Origin: Nageia nagi
Taxonomy: Eukaryota > Plantae > Pinophyta
Direction: 5' to 3'
DNA: 64,000 nt
Assembly (NCBI GenBank): GCA_050084985.1
Contig: JBITNC010000001.1
Span: 45,756,001-45,820,000 of the forward strand
Shown: piece after piece, positions 25,338 through 39,100 of the stretch
How positions within the stretch are numbered: the first letter of the stretch is position 1
How the letters are laid out: each line of letters begins with the position of its first letter
Notes under the pieces: model-generated
Told to the model about the DNA's origin: nothing
What the model saw: only the letters and a program-made list of their open reading frames with translations
The model's database searches: none
Translations under genes and position numbers: made by a program

Positions 25338-28229
25338 ATGGATCCCTTTCAGCACCAATACGAAAGATTGCAGAAGCCAATAGATCTGGTACAAACCCTG
25401 CATGAGAAACAAGCGAAGGAAGTTCCATCGCGATATGTGCTTCCCTCTGATCAACGGCCGCAGCCTGCTCGTGAAGACACTATTCCTGTAATTGATCTTG
25501 CAGCACCGGACCAAGACCACTATCAGATTGTATTCCAATTAGCCCAAGCATCCCATGAATGGGGCTTCTTCCAGGTCAGATCAATATTAAAATCAAAGTC
25601 TGCATGTACCCAATTTGTAATGTGAGCTGTTAATTTAATGTGTTGTATTTGATTTTGCAGGTCATAAACCACGGTATACCTCTATCACTTTTAGAGAGGG
25701 TCAAAGAAGTGTCAAAGGAGTTCTGTGAACTTCCGGTAGAGGAGAAAAAAAGACAGTGCCCTGTGAGGCGTGGGACCTTCATGCTCGAAGGCTATGGCCG
25801 TTTCTTTGACCTCTCAGACGACACAATCTTGGATTGGGTTGATTGCCTTGTTCACTATGTCTCTCCACCCTCTGTGAAAAAGGTGGAACACTGGCCTAAA
25901 ACACCCACAACATACAGGTAACATTTCTATTTTTATTATAAAAATTTCATCATATAGTTGTCTAAACATGGACTGTTTCTGGACCATGAAGGGAGACCTA
26001 TGAGAAATATGCCGAAGAGCTAAAGACGCTTACTGACAAGTTGCTGGGTATGCTTTCGGAGGGTTTGGGGCTGGATGCTCATTACCTGAGAAATGTCACC
26101 AATGAGCTCATGCAACAGATTATCATAAATTACTATCCTCCTTGCCCTCAGCCAGACTTGGTGCTTGGTAGAAAACCTCATTCAGATGGGGGTATCCTCA
26201 CTGTTCTCTTTGATAACGAAGTGGATGGTCTCCATGTAAGGAAAGGCGATGAATGGTTTAAATTAGCCCGTGCCCCTGGAGCTCTTGTTATCAATATCGG
26301 TGATATGTTACAGGTATAGCCAAATTTGATCTTTTTGTAAGTACATTGGTAATTTGATCTTTTTATTAGTACTTTGGTTGTTGGTTCCTGATGATATTCT
26401 GCAACATTTATTTCTTAACATAACTGGCAGGGATCAGAATTGACCCCTTCAATGCCTTTCAAAGTAGGTTTTGTCCGTCATAGAAGTGTTTAAAAATTAT
26501 GCTTTTCAAATGAAAAATTAAATTTGAAAGTGTCTGTCAATTAACAAGGATAAATTAATTTTAAAGATTTCAATTAAACGGTGCATGTTGCGTATGCCCG
26601 CCAAGGAAACTTTAATATTTTACTTTAATAGGCAGGAGCATAATTGTAGGATGATTATAGGATGGTGACATGGTACGAAAAGGCATACACGGTCAAACAC
26701 TACTAAAATTTCTTTCAAATCAATTGTAACATGTGACAGAGTGTCATTTTAGGAAAAAGCTTAGAGAGTCGGACATCAGCAAACTTTATTTCAAACCAAC
26801 TCTACATCCTACTAGACTCGAGAGCTATCAAAAATAGAAATTTAATTTAACATGCACTACAAAATATTTATAAATCACATTATGCATCCCTCTACATAAA
26901 GGTTGAAAAAACATAAGAAGATGTAAATAAAGAAAGAAAGAGAATTTGGAGAGATTAACCAACGTAAGTGCCAAGATGTGTACAAATGATTTTGAGTTTT
27001 TAAGAAGCAGTTTCTTTCAATATTGAGTTTCGATCAAAGTTCAAAAAAATTTTCAACACAAATATTTGGTGTTTCTGGATCAATTTCAGGTATTTATTGA
27101 TCAAACTATTATCAAAGTTGTCTTAATATTTTTTTAGTTCAATTGTATTGTTGGATATACTTTACAGGTCAGATTACTAAAGGTTTCAAATTTACCTTCT
27201 GGGTAGTGGAAAATTTTTAGGTTATGTATGAAACCTGATGAAAGAACTCAAGTTCATCACTAATTTTCTGATGATCAAGCTTGTTTCTAGTTTTTAAATA
27301 ATTTCTTGCATCAGATTTACTCTTCAATAATATGATTTTATTGTAACAGCATATTTAAAGTTCAGGTTAATTGTAACAATATTTTCTCTTGAAGTTGAAT
27401 TTCTAAAATATTAAAATGAATAAAGCACAATCGTAATGCAGTTACAATTAAATTGATATATTCAATTGATGTGAGCCTGAGTTTTTCCTCCAAGAATCAC
27501 AGCTTAAGGAGACAACGGGTTTTTGTCATTAAGATTTTGAACTGTTTGCCTCCAAGAATTACAGCATGAGGAGACAATGGGTTTTTGTTATTTTGTTTTT
27601 GAACTGTATTGCAAATATTCATAGAAGCAATTCCCAGTAAATTATTTAACAAATATTGACGAATTTTGATAGAATGTGACGCTTGTTTTTCGAAAATAGA
27701 AACTCTGTATGTGAATGAGAAGTTTAGAAAACCATTTTGATTTTTGCATCTTTGTAAAAATATATTTACCTTTTTATACATAACATTGTATTTTTTCTAT
27801 TTTTTTTAGGGAAGAGTTGTATAAAGCATTTATTTTCTCGTTGATAAAGAAAAGTGCATCCAGTTTGCAATTGAAACATACAAAATTATTTTCCCTGTTG
27901 AAGAGTAGAGGGAAAAAGGAACTTCAATTGAAAAATTGATCCTTTTGTCAAATTTGATGCTATGGCAGCTAATAAGCAATGGAAAATATAAGAGCGCAGA
28001 GCACCGAGCAGTGGTGAATTCAAACCAACATCGGATGTCGCTGGCAACGTTTTTAGTTCCAGAGGCGGGTGTGATGATTGGTCCTGCTCCTGAATTGATT
28101 GACGAAGCACATCCTAAACTGTACGAATCTACATTGTCTGAAGTATATGCAACCAGGTACATGAGCAACGATTATAGTGGCAAAGTTCTAGTTCAATCTC
28201 TGCAAACAGAAACAGCACAAGGTAAATAG
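25338..28229 (+). CDS. 2-oxoglutarate/Fe(II)-dependent dioxygenase (DOXC class; JOX/SRG1/ANS-like), 4 exons, 358 aa
   Basis: Exons 25338-25574, 25661-25917, 25992-26313 and 27969-28229, all with GT-AG introns, 1077 nt open. DIOX_N motifs IPVIDL and EWGFFQVINHG; NYYPPCPQP; Fe ligands HSD and H (AEHRAVV); 2OG-binding RMS. Confidence 0.95.
27481..27607. repeat. Imperfect 62-bp tandem duplication in dioxygenase intron 3
   Basis: CCTCCAAGAAT..CAGC.T.AGGAGACAA.GGGTTTTTGT at 27487 and 27549. Confidence 0.85.
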
Positions 28230-29949
28230 TACCATTACAGAAATGGATGGGTTTGTATATAATTCATCCACTACAGTCTACAGGCTTAGAGGGACTGTCA
28301 TGTACCACAATAAGAGCAGACAAACCTGTACATGTTCTTTATTTAAGCCAATGAGACCCGATGAACCCGAGCCTAAAAGCACGGTGTTCAAGTGCGTATA
28401 TAGGTTTTGCAAAGGATAATGTAAGGCATATTTATTCATTTTGATATGTTGTAATATTATGTGATCTGACTCTTTAAATATAGAGACGGGCTGGAATATT
28501 GTCTGGTATAGGCATTTTAAATTTCTATGCATTTGTTAAAAATAATTATTTAAATACATAAATGATATATAGATATATGTATACGATTGAACAAATTTGA
28601 TAGGTCTTACAAATCAGTGAGTTTAAAGGATGTTAAAAGATAGCATTCATTATTGTTATGATTATTTTTGTATAATTCTTTTATAGGGAAATTATTACAC
28701 TCGACAAGCATCTTTGAAAATTAACCTATTGTTTTGCTGTATCCATTGAGCTTTACTAATTTAATCAATATTGAAAATAATTTATTATAGGTTCGACATT
28801 GCTACTAGTTTTTTTTTTGTTTGTGGGGTGGAAGTAAGAAAAAACTTTATATTCTCAAATTTCGGATTTCTATTAAGATCACAAGAGAAGGAAGTATAGT
28901 ACAAGGATCCCAAAATTGGATGGCATAGCATATCTAGATCTGAGTCAATTCCGTTGATATCACTAGATTGGTTCAATGGCTCCAATGTGGACAGCACTGA
29001 GTCTGGCAGGAGGTATTTGAAGCGAAAACATGGCTATGAGTAGCTCCTTCTGGTTTATAACAGAATTGCCTTCGAGCTCCTGTAGCTTATGAAGAAAGCC
29101 AACCCAATGAAGCAAGCTAATGGTGCAGCTGTCAAAAAGGAACTGATTTTGCAACCTTTGTTTACTCTTGTGAGTGTGATTCTTCTACTTCTTGTAGCCG
29201 TTTCTAGGTGGAGCATAGCATAAGAGTCAACGAACAGTAATTTGCTGGAGCTTTAAGATGGACACCGTACAGGGAACAAAATGAGCCGTCTTTACCACCC
29301 AAAATGAGTTGAGAAGAAAAATTGATATCTTATTCGCCAAGAGGATCTCAAGGCAAGGACCTGGAGTAATATGACTGAATTTGCGGTGGTGGACTGTTAC
29401 TCTGTTCCTTTTATTAGAACCATGATTGGGCTGGTCGTAGGATGGCTGAGGCTGTTGACATCTTGAGCAGAGCATATTAATGTAGTCCCAGTGATGGAAT
29501 GCTGCAATGCCGTCCTGTTGGAGGGAGGATAATGGATAACGGGCTTCCAAAATATGGGACATCTGCCTTTTGAAGCGGCCCCTAAGAATGTCTGCATCAA
29601 TTGCCTTGTTCTTGAAGATTTGGTGGTGTTTTTTATCCATATTTACCAAATTAACATGGCTGGTGCTTCATTACACATTAATTCTGAAGCTTTTGTAAGG
29701 AGGTTTGCCAGATGGAGAGCAGGTCTCCCACTGAGCTCGGTGTAACCTAGACTATTGAGAAATATGAGAGAAGCTTGCCCCACAGATAGGAAACATAGGA
29801 ACAATGAAGCAGTAGATGGGGATCAGATTCTTCCACTTCGCCACAAAGCTCACAACAGAATGGACCATTCCACCCTCTTCTCATCAGCTGATCCCCTGTA
29901 AGGAATATGTCGTGGACTTCTAGCTAGAGAAAAAAGCATGCCTTTGGTC

Positions 29950-30940
29950 ATGCTTTTGAGCACCAAACTCTACTCCAAACTAATGGAGGGAATTCAACAT
30001 TGTGTCTAAGGTTGAGAGTTCTATAAACGAACTTGACAGTATACCCTTTTCTGGGCTTATGATACTAAATGATCCTATTAGGCAAGTCTTTGTTTGTTAA
30101 TTTGCATGAAGATAATATGCACTCCAATTCATGTGTTCCTCTTTCAAAATCTGTGGGATGGAAACCCTGGCTTTTCTAATTTTTGACCTGGTGTCTTGAT
30201 TTTATAACCCGTTGCCAGTAATCCGCAACTTTGCTTCCCCATTCTTGAGATATGAATGTTGGGAAAGGAGTCCGTGGCAGCTAGGGGTTGAGGCCTTATC
30301 CACTTTTGGCCCATTCCTGAGCTTCAAGCTGAAGAATTGGAGTAGATATTGTCTGGCCTTCCTAATGCTGTTTCACACAGGGGAACACATAGTGGAACCC
30401 CATGGGAGAGTCGTTGCTGTGAAGATCCTCTCAATATCATTGTTGACCAAGTGCTTAGAGCAGATTATCTTACTCCATTGTCATTGGAGCAGCTTGTATA
30501 TTTACCAGAATTGTTTTCGCAACAAGGCAATGTTCATTAAGTGTAGATTTTCAGTGGCTTACTATGCTCCATGCAACAAGAGCATTTTCTTAACATCGGA
30601 AATTTCTTACCAAAATATTTTGCAAGATGGAGTTCAATTTAGTAAGAGTTTCTTGTGGGATCCAAAAAAATTTTAACTAAAAGATGGACATCGCTTCTAG
30701 GATTTATTTTCATGATATTGGCAGGTAAGGATAACCAATTGGCTTTCTAAGAAGACATCCTCTTCTCATTTTAGCAATTATGGAGTCCTAGAAACTGCTA
30801 ATGTTGTTTTCTATAGCTAGGGGCATACCAAGGTAAGAGCTTGGGAGAGTGTCTAATTTCATACTTGTGATGGTAGCAATCCTTTCCATGTAATTCTCCA
30901 ATAGTTTGATTCCAAAATTTCTGGACTTGGGTGCATCATA
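29950..30940 (+). mobile_element. Decayed L1-like ORF1 fragment (tentative)
   Basis: 'ERSPWQLG' and 'LSGLP' resemble DUF4283 motifs; otherwise unrecognisable. Confidence 0.3.
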
Positions 30941-30944
30941 GAGT

Positions 30945-33900
30945 GAAATAGAAATAGAAATATATATTAATGTTTATATGTGACCAAAAGAATAGGCCAA
31001 TGGGACTCAAAGTACAAACCAATGAGAATAGAAAGTATTAGGGTTAAAACTCTACAGATTGACAAAAACAAAAGCAAAAAATTTATACAAATTATACAAA
31101 CTCGAGTGGAACAAAATCAACATCGTTAATTGTTGAGATGAGAGCGATGGTGGAGCTATTCACCCTAAGCAAAAAAGAGTCCCGGGCTAGAAGGGCCAAG
31201 TGAGGTTGGAAAGTCTCCTAGCATCCAAGGTTGAGGGATCATCCTTAGAGGAAAAGGAATAAGTAATACCTAGTTGTCTTTCAAGATGAGGTAGATTGGA
31301 GTCCGTTTGTGAAGCTAGGAATCACTGTGTTGATTTGAGTCTATGGGTATGTTGAATGGTGTTATTTGAGGGGTGTTTCTTGCTCATAGGATCATAAGTG
31401 GGCAGGAAAAGGAATTGATTTGCTTGGTAGTATGGGAGGATCTTTGTGTGTCACTGTAGAGCTCTACACCTGAAGGTAATGATCTCATGCAAAAAGAGGG
31501 CTAGACATCTTTGGTCGGGATAACAAAAAAGGTTGATAAAGAGCCTAGGATTCCTTGTAGAGGTAGTAATTATGCCACAAACCTTGCAGTATACAAGGCA
31601 TTTGAATATCAAGTGGTCCTCATCCTCAACCTCTTGTAGAAAACAAAATTGACAAATCTTATTTGGTCGAGGAATATGGTGGTTTGTCTTGACTCGAAGT
31701 TGATGTGAGCAAACTTGCAGTTGGCTGAGGAGGATCATCAAGCCATGAGACCAATGGTGTTGAAGGTAGGTGGGTATGACAATGAGACAATCGATAGTAT
31801 GTGGAAAATGCTCGACATAGAAAACCAACTTAGGATTGAGGGTTTGTAGGGAAGAGACCCAAGTGACCTGAATGTATCAATGGTAAATATCCTTCCTGAT
31901 AAATCTATGGATCTATGCCTTTGAGGAGTGAAGGTAAGGAGTGGTGGTCAATGGAGAGCTAAATAAGGGGAGTCAATCAATGGAGATGCCCACATACTAT
32001 AGAATCAAACTAACCTCAGTACACCAACACCATCTACTTCCAATGGGGTCTAATGATGAAAGCTTCTTTGAAGAGCATAGAGGAAGATATGGGTATATCT
32101 CTCTGCTTGAAGTCAAATTACTTAACTGTTCGAGTCTATGAAGGAAAGATGGGAGCATGAAGAGGTTTTCAAGACGAAGTGGCTAAGCAACATACTCACT
32201 TTGGATAATGCAATGTGGGTTTGTGCATTTGCAATTGATCATCCATTGAAACATAGTGGTCTGAACCCTCTTAATATGTGACCACTCAATGGGTCGAGAG
32301 TTAAGAATCTAAATCTACAATTCATAAAGAATTGGAGTAACAAAAGTGTGAAAGATATGTTTCTTAGAAGGGATATTTTGGAAATGAATATGGAAGCATT
32401 GATATTCTAAGGTGGAGAGTGTATAGTATCCCTTGCAAAGATGTGACTATGATGCATGTTTCAAGCTGAAAGATGGACTGAAGAAATAAACCCCCAAATA
32501 GGTGTAAGCAGTGGAGATCTCAACTAGCTCATCTCTATAGTAAAAGTGGAACCTTGAGAGAGTAGCTCTGGTGGTGTTAAATACCATAACTTTAGTCTTA
32601 TTAAGGTTGATTGAAAGTTGTTTCTTGTCACAAAATCAAACAAGTGCATCCAATCACCTCTAAAGGCCCTTAGGGGAGTGGGATAGGAGGATCACATTGT
32701 CTGCAAAAAGGAGTATGATAATTTGAGTATGATGTAGTAGCTAGACATCTATCATCTATGTGAGTGTGCTATCGAAGGAAGTCCTCAAGTTAATCAATAT
32801 ATGTGTTAAAGAGAGTTGGTGAAAGTGGTCTAACAATGTCATATCCAATATTGTGGCATAAAGCTTGGCAAATGTATACCCAATCATGATAAGTTTGTAA
32901 TTGTTTGGATCAGAGCAATCCCTAGCTTTGTGAATGGGGTGAATGATGTGTTGATACCAAGAGGGGGTAAACCTTGGACAAACAACCTCATTGAATAGGT
33001 CAATAATGGGAGGGGCAAGTGTGTCGCCACCATATTCTAGGAACTCATCTTACAAGCCTTCACAATCAATTGTTTTACTAGTGCTAAGTTTTTAAACGAC
33101 TCTCTATATGTCTCTTGGCTAAAATAGCTGGCAAGGAAGGGGGTGGGAGTAAAAGTGGGGAGGATCCTAATCTGATATGTCATAAAGGGAGCTGAAATAA
33201 GAAACCCAAGATTGATGATGGAATTAAGACTAAAGACCCAATTCTTATATGCGCAAGATTATATGAAAGCTCTTTTAAACATCAACACTCACAGTATAAA
33301 CAATCTCACAAATTGACACCAATGTAAAGTGGTTCCTCCAATCATAGGAGTACATCCACTAACTAAGATCTTTCTCATTCACAAAGACTAACTCTCTTAC
33401 AAGACCCCTTTCTTCATTTCCTAACACTAATCTTAGAGCACAACTTTGCTTCAACTTTTGGTGTGTAATCTCAAGGAGAGGGTCTTCTATTTATAGGCCA
33501 AAATCCTCCCTTGGATCACCCTTTTAACCATTGTACAAAGGCATGGCATGCTTCACCTTTTTACCCAAGGGGTATGCTCATGAGGAGTGTAGGACACGTT
33601 ACATTATTGTATTCACTTAAATACTTAAGGTATCTATGGATACATTTTAAGTATTGGTGAATTTGGAAGAACCTTACAAAAGCTTACAATAATACATTAT
33701 ACATTCAAATAATTGAGGAATAATGTTTACAGGTGGAGGCTTTTTAAGGAGGGTATGTCGATAGATCTTGGGGGAGCAGTGCAGAGAGTGAATGAGTGTG
33801 TGATGAACAAAGGTAAGGAATTGTCGTTCCTTATGTCTAAGAAAATAACAACAATCCCTCTTGGTGGACAAAATAGATGGGGGTTATGAGCTAAGGAAAA

Positions 33901-34420
33901 GTGGAGTTTGCGATGCACAAACTTACACATCATCATACGAACGATTCTTGGGGTAGGATCCAAAGGGCCATGAGGAGTGGCAAGTCTTATGGGGGAAGGA
34001 AACAAGGTTTTCCTTCCAAAGGGCATGATTCAGAAGCTTATATTTGACGATGACAACGAAGGGGGGGAGGGAAGACTAGTGGGGTAGGTGAGAAGCAAAG
34101 AGAGGTAGGGTAGCGTAGTCATTGGCGTACTCAAGTTCGAAGAGGATAGTAGGATGTCGAGGGTTCTGGTGATGGAGTGAATGAAGGGGTGGGGTAGCAA
34201 GAGGAGGGTGGGAGAGGTGGCCAAAATAAAGGGTTGCATGATCAACAAGGGGAAGGTGGTTGGAGACACTAAAGTCATTAATGTGGTTCGTCAAATGTAA
34301 GTTGGAAAGGATGTAGTCAACAAATTCACACCTCCACTATGAGGGAAATAAGTAAATTTGTTGAAATCAAGGAAGCATGGAAGTACATTAAGTGTGATCC
34401 ATCGAGATGCAAGTGTCATC
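30945..34420 (-). mobile_element. RTEX-like LINE (APE endonuclease, RT, C-terminal CCHC), decayed and interrupted
   Basis: Endonuclease 'FTYFPHSGG' and 'SNHLP' (34250-34360). RT 'NYKLIMIGYTFAKLY' (~32860-32905), 'LSPTLF', 'LLFADNVILL' (~32690-32715), 'YTYLG'. C-terminus 'SHQLRV...ICQFC..EVEDEDHLIFKC..Y' (31451-31828). 3' tail (GAAATA)3 at 30945-30962. Confidence 0.8.
33178..33731 (-). mobile_element. Solo-LTR-like insertion interrupting the minus-strand LINE
   Basis: Non-coding block between two LINE-coding segments, with reverse TATA box CTATTTATAG at ~33487. Exact termini and TSD not resolved. Confidence 0.5.
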
Positions 34421-34776
34421 CATATGCAGTAATAGGAGCGTTCGTATCTATTGTAAGCCAAGGTTGTCAATAAATACATGCATATATGAGGATGTAGAGA
34501 AGCTTTAAGAAAAGCTATAATAATAGAATAAAAAAAATGTACAAAGGCCAACATAAAGCTTTATTTGAGAATGTTATTGACAAATATAAAAATCATGATT
34601 CAATAGTTCAATTTATTAAAAAAAAATGATATTAAAACAATCCATAACGTGCAATATGTGTTTTATAGTTTATTTTGTTTATTTTTTGTTGAAAGTATGA
34701 TGTATGATCTTTTTGATTGTTTATTAAGGAAAAACATTTAGAGAAAAATTTGAATTCTTAAATTCATAGTTATATA

Positions 34777-34820
34777 TGCACACACGCACATGCACACACA
34801 CAGGTGCACACGTGCGCACT
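34777..34820. repeat. Imperfect (CA)/(CG) purine-pyrimidine microsatellite
   Basis: TGCACACACGCACATGCACACACACAGGTGCACACGTGCGCAC. Confidence 0.8.
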
Positions 34821-34837
34821 AGGATCCTATAACACTT

Positions 34838-35485
34838 CTAGTGTAAAATTAGGTTGTTCCCTATCATCTACTTTATTTGGGCTTTATATTCATAAACTTA
34901 AATAACTGATCTCAAATGACTTGGGCCCAAGTATGGGATGTTTCCTGCATGATGCAACTATCTTATTTTTTCTCTTTGTAGATGATGTCATTTTACTATC
35001 TCATGTAATAACTAAGCACCAACATCAAGTTGATACCTTGAATATCTTCTATGAAACTCATGGTCTTGAAGTTAATCTTGGAAAGATAAAAGTTATTTCC
35101 TTTGATATATCAAGAGTAGAGGCCTCCAAAACATACTTGATGTTCCCAAGGGAAACTTATTGATGTAATCACTTCTTACACCTATCTAGGTGTACTCATC
35201 ATAGGTCCTACTTTTAGCTTGATCCCACTTCCAAGAATGAATTGAATAACAACTATGTTGTAGTTGTCACATTTGAGAGAATATTTTCAATTCCAATTCT
35301 AGGATGTCAAGAAAAATAATAAACTACTCCATGCTCTTGTCTCTTTGAATTTTATTTATGTATGTAAAATTTTGGTGACCTAGCTTGAGATACTATGATT
35401 GGGATCACATTTAGAGGGTTTTAGTTTATCAAGGTCCATTTGGGTAAAATACATATCCCCCATTCCATCATTTTGGTTGAATTTA
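34838..35485 (+). mobile_element. Second RTEX-like LINE, RT part (5' piece)
   Basis: 'VKLGCSLSSTLFGLYI', 'LFVDDVILLS', 'GLEVNLGKIKV' and 'YTYLG'; ends at the gypsy LTR. Confidence 0.8.
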
Positions 35486-35853
35486 TGTGATGATCACATA
35501 TACTAACATTTACTTATGTTAGTAATTTATTGAATTATCAACTTGTAATGTGAATTGACATAATTTTGTAAGGCATATCACCATTTTATAATGAACAACA
35601 AATCAAAGTTGAATGACTATAAATATGTGTAAGAGGGGTAGAGAGATCATCTTGGAGAAATATTTATCTTTTAAGTTGTAAGGAGGAAGCCCCCTTAAAG
35701 TGACCTATGATTCATATTGCTATTTTGTAAAGTTATCCTATTTTATTATCTTATCATTTTGAATTGCATTACTTGAATTGTATGCTCTATTGCATTACGA
35801 ACCTATTGTTATTCATGGTTTATTGCTATTTAGGTTAGAAACCCTTTTAGATC

Positions 35854-36096
35854 TGAGAGGCCAGATAACTCCAAGATCAAAAAGAATTCTATTAGTGTAG
35901 AATATTGTGTAAATACAATTTGAGAAAGACTCTTCACCTTCTTGGGTGACCTTTGAGATACATTGTAACTTCTCATATTCTACAAGAAATGACTTTCTAA
36001 ATTCTAGCACACTCAAAGCTACGAATTTACTAAATATAGTAAGTATCTAATACTATACTAACTATACCATAATCCCTAAGGATTAAGTGTCTAACA
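35854..36096 (-). repeat. Copia 3' LTR
   Basis: Direct repeat of 41818-42064; adjacent to the PPT (TTCCCCCTTT on plus). Confidence 0.95.
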
Positions 36097-36104
36097 TTCC
36101 CCCT

Positions 36105-39100
36105 TTAATCCAAAGGGGAGTTCGTAAGTCCAAGCATCTTTTTGAACTTCTCGAATTTCGCTCTTCCAAATGCCTTGGTGAAGATGTTTGTTGTTTGCTC
36201 ATCTATGGGACAATGTTTCACTTGAATTGTCTTGACCTCTACATGATGTCAATCAAATGATATTTTGTGTTGATGTGCTTTGTTCGATTATGAAATTTTG
36301 GATTCTTGGCCAATTGAATTGCAAAAATATTGTCGATTAGAAGCGGAGTTGAATTCACCTATTTTTCTTGCATATCTTTCAGTATCTTCTTGAGCCAAAA
36401 AATCTCCTTTATTGCCTCTGCAGCAGCCACATACTTTGCCTTTGTAGTGAAATCTATCAGAATGGATTGCTTTCATGATCTCCAAGAGATAGCTATTGAT
36501 CCAAGACTCATGGCATATCCTAAAGTCGAAACTCCTCTTTCTTTGTCACCATCAAAGTTTGAATCTGTATATCCAATTAATTTGAAGTCTCCTACTTTGC
36601 AATACTTGAGCCCTAATTCTTGTGTGCCTTTCAAATATCAAAGAACTCTTTTTGCTACATTCCAATGTCCTTCACACAGTTTTTGCATAAATCGAGAAAG
36701 AATTCCAACCACAATTGAAATGTCTAGTCTAGTTGTGGTTAGATATATGAGACTCCCAACAAGTTGTCTATACTTCGTTGCATCCTCAAATGCATTCCCT
36801 TCAATAGATTTCAACTTCAAATTTTGTTCCATTGGCGTAGAAAGGGGATTACAATTTTTCATGCCAAATCTGTTCAATAATTCTTCAATGTACTTTCTTT
36901 GGGAAATGAAAATGTACTTTGGGTTTTGTGTCACTTCAACACCCATAAAGTAATGAAGATGTCCCATATCTGTCATTTCAAAACCTCTCTTCAAATCTTG
37001 TTTCACGGATACAATGTAACTTTCATTATTTCTAGTTATCAAAAAGATCATCTACATACACCATAAGATATACAACCGTTTTTCCAACTTTTCTAACAAA
37101 CAAAGTTGCATCATCCAGATTAAAGTGTTCAAAGTTTATCTTCAAAAGATGCTTAGTAAGCTTTTCATACCAAGCGTGAGGAGCTTGTTTTAGGCCATAC
37201 AAGGACTTGATAAGCTTACAAACTTTCTATTCCTGATCCTTCACTACAAATCCTTCTGGTTGTTTCATGTACACATTTTCTTTGAAATCACCATTCAAGA
37301 AAGCAGTCTTCACATCCATTTGATGAACTTTCCATCCATGCTGAGCTGACATTGCCAACAAAGAACCAATAGTAGCCCATTTTGCTATGGGAGCAAATTT
37401 TTTATCATAATCAATACCTTCTTTCTATGCAAAACACTTTACTACATGCCTTGCTTTATGTTTCTCAAGTGAGCCATCTGATCTGTATTTGTTCTTGTAG
37501 ACCCACTTGCATCCAATAGGTTTGGTTCCATATGGAGGATCCACCAAATTCCATGTCCCATTCTTGATGAGAGCATCATACTTCTTCTTCATAGCATCCC
37601 TCTAGACATCATAAGAAAAAGCTTCTTTAAAGGAAGTCGGCTCACAATCAGCAGAGAAATTCAATTCACAATCAAATAAACATTCCATATCCTCAATATC
37701 ATCACCTGAATCTGAATCCTCTACTGCTCCATCTTTAATCCTATTTCTATAGGAACTCTTCATTGTCTTTCTAACTTCATCACGATGAACACTCTTAAGT
37801 GTTTTGGAAAGCCATTTAGAAATCTTTTGCAATGTTTTTGGTTTCTCAACAAGCTAGGGAGCTTCTTCATCCTCATCAAGACTCAACCTGTCGAACCTTT
37901 CAATCACATCATCCAAAGGAGCTTCTAGGATTGACGAAGAGGAAGGATTTTCCTATGGTGGAGGAGGTGCTTGTACAGCTGGAACAGGTGCAACTATTGG
38001 ATCAGACACTTTTGAAATAGACACAAGTGGTGTAGATTCCAATAATTGATCCAAAATAGGGATCCCCCCTTAACATTTGGAATCTCATAATCATATTCAA
38101 AGAAATGCTTTCCATGGGTAAACCTATCAAGGTGATCAAGCTACCGCTCAATAGTTGGGTCACTCTTGGAACATTCCAGAAAAATGACATCCCTTGCAAA
38201 GAGAAACTTTTTGTTTACCTCATCATAAAGCTTATAACCCTTGGTAGTATCTAACTATCCTAAGAAAATACATTTTTGACTCCTGGCGCCAAGTTTGTTT
38301 CTTTGTTCCTTAGGGACTAGGGCATAGCAGGTGGAACCAAAAACCTTGAAATGTTGAACTAAAGGAACATTGCCAAACCACATGTCATATGGAGTCTTAT
38401 CATAAAGAGCATGAGATGGAAATCTATTTTTAACATACACTACACAAGCAACTGCATCACCCCAAAACATCATCTTCACATTCTTGAAAAATAACATTGC
38501 CCATGTCATATTCAACAAAGTTCTGTTCATTCTTTCAGCTACACCATTTTGGTGTGGATTGTAGGGAACAATTGTTTGATGCTTGATTCCATGTTGACTA
38601 AGATAGTTCTTGAATTCAACTGAAGTGTATTCACCCCCATTATCAGAACGAAGTGTTCCAATATGAGCATTTGCTTCTTTCTCAATCATCACATGAAATT
38701 CTTTAAACTTTGCAAAATATTCAAACTTGTTCTTTAACAAATACACCCAACACATCCTAGAGTAATCATCTATGAGGGTCATGAGATATTTGTTTCTAGC
38801 AGCAGAATGGATAGGCAACGAACCACACAAATCAGATTGTATGAGTTCTAGTTTTCTACATGCTCTAAAATTTGAATCATGAAAAGGTTGTTTGCTATGC
38901 TTTCCTAGGACACATGCTTCACAAGGTTCTATGTTCCTAGGAATAGTAGGCAATCCCAAAAAACTTCTTTTTCAATAAATGGATATCATCAAAATTAAGA
39001 TGGCCAAATCTTGCATGCCACAAAAGACTATATGAGAGAGTACCTTTTTCTTGATGGGTGAGGTAGGCATAATTTTGTGATTTGGTAGAACATCCATGCA

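Noticed and set aside
36330-36953. 207-aa plus-strand ORF
   Set aside because: Antisense shadow of the copia RT/RNase H coding region.
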